64,000 bases of DNA from a virus (taxonomy: Duplodnaviria; Caudoviricetes): the IMG/VR virus record IMGVR_UViG_3300037249_000698, positions 1 through 64,000 of that record, one strand, 5' to 3'. The notes below the pieces were generated by a model. That model saw nothing but the letters and a program-made list of their open reading frames with translations, searched no databases and was not told the origin of the DNA. Position numbers and translations under genes: made by a program. Shown one piece after another: positions 37,559 to 45,545 of the stretch. The stretch's first letter is position 1; each line of letters starts with the position of its first letter.

Positions 37559-38587
37559 ATGAATACTAAAATTGAAACTCTTATTAAAAAATCACTCTGT
37601 TTAAACTCTAATACCAATAAAGTTTTAGTTAGTCAAAAAGACAATATTTTGACTCTTGAAACATCAAACTTTATGGTTAAAATTCCTGTTAATAGTAATG
37701 AAACATTTGAAGGTTTTACAAGTTCTGATATTATTAAATCTAACAGTATTGATAATATTAAATTTATCACTCGAATTGAAGATACTTCAAACGAATATAG
37801 ACACGAATTTAAAACTTATTCCAAAAAGGTAGTTATTAATCCAGTAAATTTTAAAAAGTTATTATTACAGAAAACACAGAGTAATAATGCAAATATTTGT
37901 GATGCCGTATGGTTTAATTACGATAATATGTATGAAACAAACGGACATTACATCATAGCTATAAATAACGCTTATTCAGAAAACGATTGTACTTTTGGAA
38001 TAGATAAAAAGATTGTAGAACTATTAAAAAATTGTACTGAATACTTGTTTGTAAGTTATGAAAATAATGATACAGATTATCACAAATCACAAAATACCAG
38101 TATAGAATTAAATATTGACGGAATACTATTTCATTATAATTCAGTAATTACTATTTGTGATTTTAAGTCTATGATCCATAATGCTATGAGTTTTAAATCA
38201 CAAATTTTAAAGGAATACAAGTTTGACAATTTAAAGGAATTTTCAAAACTGTTAGCGAGTGCTAAAAACGATGAAAAAAGGATTGTATTAGATTTTAAAA
38301 AGGATAAATTGACCGCATATAACATCTTTAATGCAGGTACTATAAACAATTATAAAATGAGTGAGATCGGCACATGTAACAGTAATTATCATTCAGATGA
38401 TGAATTAAATAGAATTGTAATTGATAGTAACTATGCAAAAAAGATAAAAGATGCGATTAAAAATGATGCGGAAATATTATTAAAATTAGAGGGAGATAAA
38501 AGATACGGAATAAATAAAATGACCATTAGAAATAGTAATTTGACTTTAATTATTATGGGAGTTGTGAATTGTAATTTTATTGAATAG
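37559..38587 (+). CDS. divergent beta sliding clamp (DnaN)-like protein
   Basis: ETNGHY ~ ATDGHR, IDSNY ~ FNxxY, LIIMGV ~ YVVMP; 342 aa. Confidence 0.5.
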   Translation: MNTKIETLIKKSLCLNSNTNKVLVSQKDNILTLETSNFMVKIPVNSNETFEGFTSSDIIKSNSIDNIKFITRIEDTSNEYRHEFKTYSKKVVINPVNFKKLLLQKTQSNNANICDAVWFNYDNMYETNGHYIIAINNAYSENDCTFGIDKKIVELLKNCTEYLFVSYENNDTDYHKSQNTSIELNIDGILFHYNSVITICDFKSMIHNAMSFKSQILKEYKFDNLKEFSKLLASAKNDEKRIVLDFKKDKLTAYNIFNAGTINNYKMSEIGTCNSNYHSDDELNRIVIDSNYAKKIKDAIKNDAEILLKLEGDKRYGINKMTIRNSNLTLIIMGVVNCNFIE

Positions 38588-38669
38588 TCATAAAAATTAT
38601 AGGGAGTATATATGAATACTCCCTATTAAATCAGTATGAAAAACGGATTAAAAATTTTTAAATTTTTTA

Positions 38670-38698
38670 TTGACAATAAAAAGTCATTGTAGTATCAT
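38670..38698 (+). promoter_or_regulatory. early promoter
   Basis: TTGACA-N17-TATCAT. Confidence 0.8.
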
Positions 38699-38740
38699 GT
38701 ATTCCATACGATGAACGGATAACAAATACGGAGTAACGAT

Positions 38741-39094
38741 ATGAATACTTTAAAAGATTTAATTAAAAATTCATTCCATAATTTTAATGAAAAATTTTCT
38801 TTATTAAAAAATGATGTTTTCTATACTGTAGAGATCCAGTATGATTTAAATGTGGAATATTCAGATCCGGAAATTGTTGTATGTATGGAGACAAAAAAGC
38901 ATAAAATTGAATTTAGTTTTCATTTGAATAGTTTTTTTAATGATTATTATAATGGGGATAATTTTGAAAAACAGTATAATCATTTTCAAAATTCTGTTTT
39001 AAACTCTATTAGAAACAGATATTCATTTGTTAAACATAATGATGATAGTTTTATTAAAAAGTGCTTTTTTGGAGGTCAATATATATATTACTAA
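38741..39094 (+). CDS. early hypothetical protein
   Basis: ACGGAG RBS. Confidence 0.75.
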   Translation: MNTLKDLIKNSFHNFNEKFSLLKNDVFYTVEIQYDLNVEYSDPEIVVCMETKKHKIEFSFHLNSFFNDYYNGDNFEKQYNHFQNSVLNSIRNRYSFVKHNDDSFIKKCFFGGQYIYY

Positions 39095-39139
39095 TAATGT
39101 GATACAGGTCATAAAACGGATTATTTTAAAATTGACCTG

Positions 39140-39168
39140 TTGACAATTAAAAAACAATATGCAATAAT
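39140..39168 (+). promoter_or_regulatory. early promoter
   Basis: TTGACA-N17-AATAAT with TG extension. Confidence 0.75.
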
Positions 39169-39200
39169 ATATTCATGTTTTGAGATATGGAGTAAACAAT

Positions 39201-39440
39201 ATGACTAATAAAGAATTTAGCGAATACAGATCCGGCAAAAAATGTGCTTCAGAATATATCATGGAGCTTGTCAATATACGTGTATATAATCCGGATAGTT
39301 TAACATCAAGACAATTAAAACAGATTATTAAAGATAAAATTGATTTATCAAATAAGTTAATTACTGATAATAATCAAGTATCATTTAATCAAGGTTATAA
39401 ACATACTATGGAGGATTTTTTACACTTCATCACAAAATAA
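39201..39440 (+). CDS. early hypothetical protein
   Basis: ATGGAG RBS. Confidence 0.75.
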   Translation: MTNKEFSEYRSGKKCASEYIMELVNIRVYNPDSLTSRQLKQIIKDKIDLSNKLITDNNQVSFNQGYKHTMEDFLHFITK

Positions 39441-39452
39441 ATCAAATAGTAA

Positions 39453-39494
39453 TTGACAATTAAAAAAGATAGTATTATGATAATACTATCTTTT
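39453..39494 (+). promoter_or_regulatory. early promoter, -10 inside inverted repeat
   Basis: TTGACA-N17-TATGAT; AAAAGATAGTATTAT/ATAATACTATCTTTT. Confidence 0.85.
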
Positions 39495-39513
39495 AGAAAA
39501 CAGGAGCAAAAAA

Positions 39514-39840
39514 ATGACTATTAAAAGATCTGATATTGATTTTCTTGTAAATGATATAAATGAACAGTTAAAAAATTTTTATTTATCAAATATAGATAAA
39601 ATTGTCGCTAGAAAAGATCAAAAAGGATTCTGTATTGAATATATAATTAATGGTAAACAATCAAATAGTTTTTATGCTAACCTTAGTAAAAATCAGATTT
39701 ATATTTTTCTTGAAACATTAAACAGGTTATTATATAAAAATGTGACCATAACAGGATGCACAGATACCGAAGATCAGAAAAAAGGCAATACAGATTTAAT
39801 CGTTAATTTGATTGAATTTTGGAATAAATCAAATATATAA
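39514..39840 (+). CDS. early hypothetical protein
   Basis: CAGGAG RBS. Confidence 0.8.
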   Translation: MTIKRSDIDFLVNDINEQLKNFYLSNIDKIVARKDQKGFCIEYIINGKQSNSFYANLSKNQIYIFLETLNRLLYKNVTITGCTDTEDQKKGNTDLIVNLIEFWNKSNI

Positions 39841-39868
39841 AATGTGGAAATAAATCACAAAATTTTAA

Positions 39869-39934
39869 AAATAGTGTTTGACAATAAAACAAAATTAGTT
39901 TAGAATGATACTCATAAATCGTTAAACACTATTT
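39869..39934 (+). promoter_or_regulatory. early promoter enclosed by inverted repeat
   Basis: TTGACA-N17-TAGAAT; AAATAGTGTTTGAC/GTTAAACACTATTT. Confidence 0.8.
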
Positions 39935-39947
39935 AAGGAGTACAAAA

Positions 39948-40259
39948 ATGATTATTTTAAACACTGAAAACAAATTAAAACTTGAAATTATTTACAATGT
40001 AATTAGTTCTATTATTTATGATTACAGAGTAACTTTAAATTTAAGTGCTAGATACAGAATTGAATTTTCATGCGATAAAGGTATTGTATCCGCTGTATTC
40101 TTAGATAATGATGAAGAAGTAATTAAATGCGATACTTTTAAGGATATATCCTTTTATAAAATGTTTTATGGATTCGTAAACGGCATTATTATTGAATATG
40201 CTTATAACGATATAGTAATTGAACAGGAGCACAAAATTATTGCCACAATAAAAATCTAA
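39948..40259 (+). CDS. early hypothetical protein
   Basis: TAAGGAG RBS. Confidence 0.8.
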   Translation: MIILNTENKLKLEIIYNVISSIIYDYRVTLNLSARYRIEFSCDKGIVSAVFLDNDEEVIKCDTFKDISFYKMFYGFVNGIIIEYAYNDIVIEQEHKIIATIKI

Positions 40260-40277
40260 CAGGGATCACAAAATTTA

Positions 40278-40315
40278 ATAGTGCTATTGACAACAAAATT
40301 GAATAGCACTATAAT
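40278..40315 (+). promoter_or_regulatory. early promoter with inverted repeat across -35/-10
   Basis: TTGACA-N17-TATAAT; ATAGTGCTATT/AATAGCACTAT. Confidence 0.85.
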
Positions 40316-40356
40316 AAAAACAGTTAAACGGATAAAACAATACAGGAGCTAAAGCT

Positions 40357-40614
40357 ATGAACAAATCATTATTAGTTAAAAGTGCGTATATTAAACTTGA
40401 AAACAATGATGCTTATATTGTAAGGCAGTATGAAGATCGATTAAGTTTAGAGTTTAGTCCGGCGGGGGATCGTGAATTTTACGAAGTGCGGATTTCTCCT
40501 GTATTGAATAGCTTTATTAAATTGATTCAATGGTATAAGGCAGTAGAAAATTACAAATTTATTCAGATTGCCTACCGTCATTCTAAGGAATTTTTAAAAG
40601 TAAAAACAATTTAG
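40357..40614 (+). CDS. early hypothetical protein
   Basis: CAGGAG RBS. Confidence 0.75.
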   Translation: MNKSLLVKSAYIKLENNDAYIVRQYEDRLSLEFSPAGDREFYEVRISPVLNSFIKLIQWYKAVENYKFIQIAYRHSKEFLKVKTI

Positions 40615-40635
40615 TTGTATTGTACTCCAGTGATT

Positions 40636-40664
40636 AAAGGGACTAATTTTTTAGTCCCTTTTTT
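40636..40664 (+). terminator. intrinsic terminator
   Basis: AAAGGGACTAA/TTAGTCCCTTT + T run. Confidence 0.85.
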
Positions 40665-40920
40665 GTTATTCCAGAAAAAACATAAAATTTAATACAGGGA
40701 CTATAAATTATTTGAAACAGGATAATTAAAACCAAAAACGGATTAAAAGTTATATTATAAAAATTACCATAAAGGGATTATAAATTATTCAGATAAATAT
40801 AAATAATTGTGTAAACGGATTAAATTTTAAAGGGATTTTAAAAATTAAAAGTCAAGTAAATTAAATCAAAAATTAGATAAAAGTCACAAAATATTTTGAA
40901 TGATAAACGGATTATTAAAT

Positions 40921-40983
40921 TGTGCATAAAGTCACAAAATAAATTAAAAAGTAATTGCAATTTGAATTTAATTTAATTATAAT
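40921..40983 (+). promoter_or_regulatory. promoter with CRP-like site at -61.5
   Basis: TGTGC-N6-TCACA; TTGCAA-N17-TATAAT. Confidence 0.75.
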
Positions 40984-41032
40984 AGAATACATAAAATGAT
41001 TAAGGCATAAATCAATTTTAGGAGTACACATT

Positions 41033-41359
41033 ATGAAACAATTTATTACATTTAAAAAACTGAAGAAGTGTTATGACATCGTTGTTTGTGGTGGTAATTT
41101 TTCTGAAATTGCAAAAAGTATTGAACCTGTATACTATCATCACGGCAAATATGGATGGGATTGCGACATTATAACCGGATTTGTAGAACACGGAGATCGG
41201 GTGTATAGCGTTGCGGTGTGTTTAGGTTATCGTTGCATTGGTATGGAATTAAAAGGCATGTATGAGTTTATGCACGCTAAAAATGAACTTGCCAAAATGC
41301 ACGTATTGAATGAAGAAGAATTTTGGATAGATTTACAAAATTTTGTATTTAAAAATTAA
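41033..41359 (+). CDS. conserved early phage protein
   Basis: YYHHGKYGWDCDI motif; TAGGAG RBS. Confidence 0.75.
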   Translation: MKQFITFKKLKKCYDIVVCGGNFSEIAKSIEPVYYHHGKYGWDCDIITGFVEHGDRVYSVAVCLGYRCIGMELKGMYEFMHAKNELAKMHVLNEEEFWIDLQNFVFKN

Positions 41360-41397
41360 AGCACATGGCACATCAATTACACATTAAAATCACGCTT

Positions 41398-41426
41398 AAA
41401 GACTGATAAAAATATCAGTCTTTTTT
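41398..41426 (+). terminator. intrinsic terminator
   Basis: AAAGACTGATA/TATCAGTCTTT + T run. Confidence 0.85.
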
Positions 41427-42233
41427 ATTTATCCGCCAAAATATGATAGTTAAAACAGGTAGAAAGAATTTTACTCAAATAATAGTTTGACTTATTAAGA
41501 AGATATGGCATCAATCACTAAGAATTAACGCCATAAGATCTAATAAGTGCCGTTTTTAATTCATAGTATTATATGTTAAATTCAGATTTTATAGTAAATT
41601 GTTTGACTTTTTTAAAAGTAAGTAATAAGTTTTAATTATCTCACGATATTTTATACTTATAATTCCGCTTAAAAACAAAAAGTAATACTTTATGAAAATT
41701 TAGTCTAATAAAAAAAATTACTCATAAAATGCACTTTTTTAACGTTTTTTAAGGGATAGAGCACGATATACACATATTGGTATATGTCTTGTCAACCATT
41801 CCTATAGCAAACACCTAAAAGCCCAAAAATCAAAAATATAAATAATATATATTTTTTAAAAATGAAATATAGATATATATATCTACATCATTATATATTA
41901 GAGTATAAATATCATGGTATAGAGTAGTATTCAGTATTTAGAAAAAACCGAAGTAAAAGCATATTAAACATAGTAATTTAGTATGATATACAGCGTGTAT
42001 ATTTCAGTCTGATAATGCGGAATAGTTATCTATATGATGTGGTTTATTAGTCTGTATAGATACGTGATTATAACTGTATAGATAGAGTGACCATATAAGC
42101 GTAAAATCTCATAGAATAAGGCTAAATTGCAAAATATCCGCTTGTAATAGTCCGGTAATATGGTTAATAGGGAAATACGCTACAGGGCAATAAAACACAA
42201 ATAAACCGCATTTTTGACGATGTGTAATATTAG

Positions 42234-42296
42234 TGTGATATAAGTCAAAAAATTTATTAAATAATGATTGTAAAGTGAATTATATTTTGATACAAT
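42234..42296 (+). promoter_or_regulatory. promoter with CRP-like site at -61.5
   Basis: TGTGA-N6-TCAAA; TTGTAA-N17-TACAAT with TG extension. Confidence 0.7.
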
Positions 42297-42331
42297 TTAA
42301 GTATGTAAAAACCATTTAAGGAGCGTAAACT

Positions 42332-42709
42332 ATGATAAAAAATTCAAATTTAAATGAAGTATTTTACAGTACTGTAAAAATGCTATTGGATGGAGTATGG
42401 AACGGAGCACAGGTTCTTTTTTCACAAAATTTAGACAAGGAGACTAAATTTGATATAGAGTTTAATATCAAAAAAAATGCCGGATCACAAAATTCTTACT
42501 CTGTAGAATTTAATGACATCGATTTAATCGATCCTTCCAATAATGCCGATCCCGCTAAATTTACAGTCTACACTGAAACTAGACTGTTTCAAGTGATTGA
42601 CATGTTATTAGAGCACTCTATGTTAGACGGCAATGCTAAATGCCGGATCTATGACTCAGACGGAGATAGAGTGTGTGAATTTTGTTTTGTGTGGGAAAGT
42701 GATATATAA
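42332..42709 (+). CDS. hypothetical protein
   Basis: AAGGAG RBS. Confidence 0.8.
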   Translation: MIKNSNLNEVFYSTVKMLLDGVWNGAQVLFSQNLDKETKFDIEFNIKKNAGSQNSYSVEFNDIDLIDPSNNADPAKFTVYTETRLFQVIDMLLEHSMLDGNAKCRIYDSDGDRVCEFCFVWESDI

Positions 42710-42748
42710 TCGATATTGTTTCATGTAAAACATTTAAGGAGTACAAAT

Positions 42749-43096
42749 ATGACATTATATGAAGAACTTTACAAAATCGTGAAAGAAAAAAAGGTTAAAG
42801 TCTGGAATTTTGCGGGTAATACTTATGAGTTCACCCATTTTACAGGGAATCATCATTATCAGGTTAGACTTGCTTATGTGGGTAAATATTACGATGAGTA
42901 TTTGACGACAACTCATATTGTAAAATTATCTAGACATAATTTTGATTACATTATCAAAAAACTAATGTATCAAATTATCAGAAACACTTTAAGAAATTCC
43001 GCACAAGTTCGCTTTAATGTTTATTACGCTAAACAAAAACTTGTGCAAGTTCACAGCTCTACAGGTGATTTTTACGGATGGAAAAAACCTGAGTAA
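42749..43096 (+). CDS. basic hypothetical protein
   Basis: TAAGGAG RBS. Confidence 0.75.
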   Translation: MTLYEELYKIVKEKKVKVWNFAGNTYEFTHFTGNHHYQVRLAYVGKYYDEYLTTTHIVKLSRHNFDYIIKKLMYQIIRNTLRNSAQVRFNVYYAKQKLVQVHSSTGDFYGWKKPE

Positions 43097-43151
43097 AGTC
43101 ACAAAATAATCTTTTCATAGCTTGCAAGTAATATGCGAGCTATGATAGAAT
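43088..43151 (+). promoter_or_regulatory. promoter with CRP-like site and inverted repeat
   Basis: CCTGA-N6-TCACA; TTGCAA-N18-TAGAAT; TCATAGCTTGCA/TGCGAGCTATGA. Confidence 0.7.
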
Positions 43152-43182
43152 AGTCTTACAATTTAAATATAGGAGTAACAAT

Positions 43183-43389
43183 ATGAACAGTAACAACAGT
43201 ATGCCGTATAACGCTTCAGTAGAAAAAACAGGAGTGATCTTGACTCTCATCGGTATGATAGCCGGCTTTTTTATCATGCTTTACGGCTTGGCAGTAAATA
43301 ACGCTTATATCGGCTTGATCGGGTTATTCCTTAGTTTAGGTGTATTCATGTTAATGCCATTATTCTACAAGTTGGCTAAAATATTGTAA
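43183..43389 (+). CDS. two-TM membrane protein
   Basis: hydrophobic; TAGGAG RBS. Confidence 0.75.
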   Translation: MNSNNSMPYNASVEKTGVILTLIGMIAGFFIMLYGLAVNNAYIGLIGLFLSLGVFMLMPLFYKLAKIL

Positions 43390-43410
43390 CAATTACAGGG
43401 AGGAAACATT

Positions 43411-43659
43411 ATGAATTTATCTTATTGTGGTTTAATGCTTAATATCATGTTTGCTTTAACTCTATCCAGTAACACCAGTAATGCCCTTGTTATGCGTGAT
43501 TTGCGTACACTCGAGACAATAGTCAATAACAAGAAGTCTAGTAAGGCAATCGATGTTAATGCACTTTTAAGCGAGTTTAAACAGGTTACACACCTTAAAA
43601 TCAGTCATAATGACCTGTATAATTATTTCATGTTTCATGGTGTGAAGTTTCATGTATAA
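43411..43659 (+). CDS. hypothetical protein
   Basis: GGAGG RBS. Confidence 0.7.
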   Translation: MNLSYCGLMLNIMFALTLSSNTSNALVMRDLRTLETIVNNKKSSKAIDVNALLSEFKQVTHLKISHNDLYNYFMFHGVKFHV

Positions 43660-43728
43660 AGGTATGATATGTTACTTGTAATTATTGTGGCTATTGCATG
43701 TATTTGTTATGTGTGTTAGCCTAAAATT

Positions 43729-43757
43729 TAGCCGGAGCAATATCCGGCTATTTTTTT
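43729..43757 (+). terminator. intrinsic terminator
   Basis: TAGCCGGA/TCCGGCTA + T7. Confidence 0.85.
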
Positions 43758-43903
43758 GCCTGTTAAATATCCCATATAGTTTTTATATGCTTGACAACAA
43801 AATTTAATCTAATATAATTATTAAGTTAGATTTATTTTTAGGTTGTCTATCTAACATAATATCACATATAATTATTATGCTTTATACTTGACATAATATC
43901 TAG

Positions 43904-44149
43904 TATAATTTTTATATAGTGTAATTGACCTAAATATACAGTATAATTTTTATACATATAATTTTTATACCAGACCAAACCAGCTTTTATACGTATGATA
44001 TGGCTATAATTTTTATGTGGTATGCGTCTAAAAACTAGGCGGAGGGGGCATACTTTTTATACCCATTTTTTGCCCTCGGAATATCTAAAGTTTCCCCTCT
44101 GATATAAAAAGTTTTACAACATTCCCCTCTGATTCAAAAAATGTTACAA
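43904..44149. repeat. iteron-like repeats at end of early block
   Basis: 4x TATAATTTTTAT; 2x ~30-bp TTCCCCTCTGAT..AAAAA..TTACAA. Confidence 0.65.
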
Positions 44150-44185
44150 TGTGCAAAAGCAAGATAGGTTTAATAAGGAGAGTCC

Positions 44186-45283
44186 ATGAGATATTTGATA
44201 TGGTGTGAAGTCAATCGTGCGTGGCAAGAAGCATGTTTAGTGTGGCTGTATTCACTGTGCAGGGAGTTGTGTTTTTGTGAGCATGAGGTAAAGGTTGTGA
44301 TATTTTACGATGTAGGCAAAACCTCCGCTGACAACAATGATACCAACACAATCTCATTCAGCAACCGTGTTCAGCAGATAGGGATGAGATTTAACGTAGA
44401 GATTGAGGTTGAATTATTTAGCAGTCGAGATTTTGTATCAGACCTCCCACCGACATTTGCATCAAACAGGTGTATTGACGAGGATAGTGTAGCGATAGCA
44501 ATATCTAGGGTGATGAATTACAACAAGTTATTGTCTGACAATTTAGATAGCTCTATACAACCGATGATGTTATCTGCGGATAGTCGCAACGTAATCAACT
44601 CAAATCTACGGATATGCAATCCGAACGCCCCTGACAACACCATCGACAACGGTGTGGTTTATATCCATTGTGATATTGACGGAATGTTTTTAGAGGATAG
44701 TAATTTAGAGTTATTATTTGACGGTATTGACTCTGTGATAGCTGACAATGATTCCCCATTGTTAATCGGCGTAAACGAGTATGATGATATTGAGCCTGCC
44801 TTATCCAAGACTCATTCAGAGGAGTTTATGACTAGGTTACAAGGCGTGTATTTAAATTGTGGTTTTATTTGTTTTTACAATGTACCAACATTTGACCTTG
44901 CTGAACTGAAAGACTTTTTATCTACCGAGGACTCTTACTGTTTAGAGCAAGACTATCTCAACTTATTAGGCTGTGACAATCCCTCTCTGACTCGCATTTG
45001 TTTACAACCTCAATACAATTACACTTACAGGAAGATGCTTGTCGAAACGCCAAAACAACCTTTTACGTTGCCTGTATTCGTACATTACTACGGCTCTGAC
45101 AAACCGTTTTTACCGAATCCCAAATCTACTAACGGTATAGACTCTGACGTAACGCCTGCGATAGCTCACTATTATTTTCCTGAATATGGTCAGTTAGTAT
45201 TTAAGATTCGTTGCTTATTAAGCGTAGATTTTGTGAATTTAGTACGCAAAAGATGCGTAGAAGAATATTGGACTGAGCGATAA
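44186..45283 (+). CDS. GT8-family glycosyltransferase
   Basis: CDID, LNCGF, EQDYLN, QYNY, VHYYGSDKPF. Confidence 0.75.
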   Translation: MRYLIWCEVNRAWQEACLVWLYSLCRELCFCEHEVKVVIFYDVGKTSADNNDTNTISFSNRVQQIGMRFNVEIEVELFSSRDFVSDLPPTFASNRCIDEDSVAIAISRVMNYNKLLSDNLDSSIQPMMLSADSRNVINSNLRICNPNAPDNTIDNGVVYIHCDIDGMFLEDSNLELLFDGIDSVIADNDSPLLIGVNEYDDIEPALSKTHSEEFMTRLQGVYLNCGFICFYNVPTFDLAELKDFLSTEDSYCLEQDYLNLLGCDNPSLTRICLQPQYNYTYRKMLVETPKQPFTLPVFVHYYGSDKPFLPNPKSTNGIDSDVTPAIAHYYFPEYGQLVFKIRCLLSVDFVNLVRKRCVEEYWTER

Positions 45284-45329
45284 ACTACTGGTCAGAACGA
45301 TAACCCTTACCACCAACAAGGTAATTATT

Positions 45330-45545
45330 ATGAACAAGATTAAGTTATTTTTAGCCGAAACCATCACTCACAGTCTCTTTTGCTGTTTAGGCGGAGGGTT
45401 GCTGTATCTGATTTACCCCCTGCACCCGATAATTGTTTCGGTACTTTTTCCGACAGTGTATTTTTATGTGTTGTATTTTTGTTATGACAACGTATCAAGG
45501 TTTATAAATCGTAAGTTGAGTGTGGTAAAGATTTTGGGTAGATAA
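45330..45545 (+). CDS. small membrane protein
   Basis: two hydrophobic stretches. Confidence 0.6.
   Translation: MNKIKLFLAETITHSLFCCLGGGLLYLIYPLHPIIVSVLFPTVYFYVLYFCYDNVSRFINRKLSVVKILGR

Noticed and set aside
31553-40315. Promoter repeats as a CRISPR array or classical integron attC array
   Set aside because: Units separate whole genes and are sigma70 promoters; no attC R-box pattern or integrase seen in the window.
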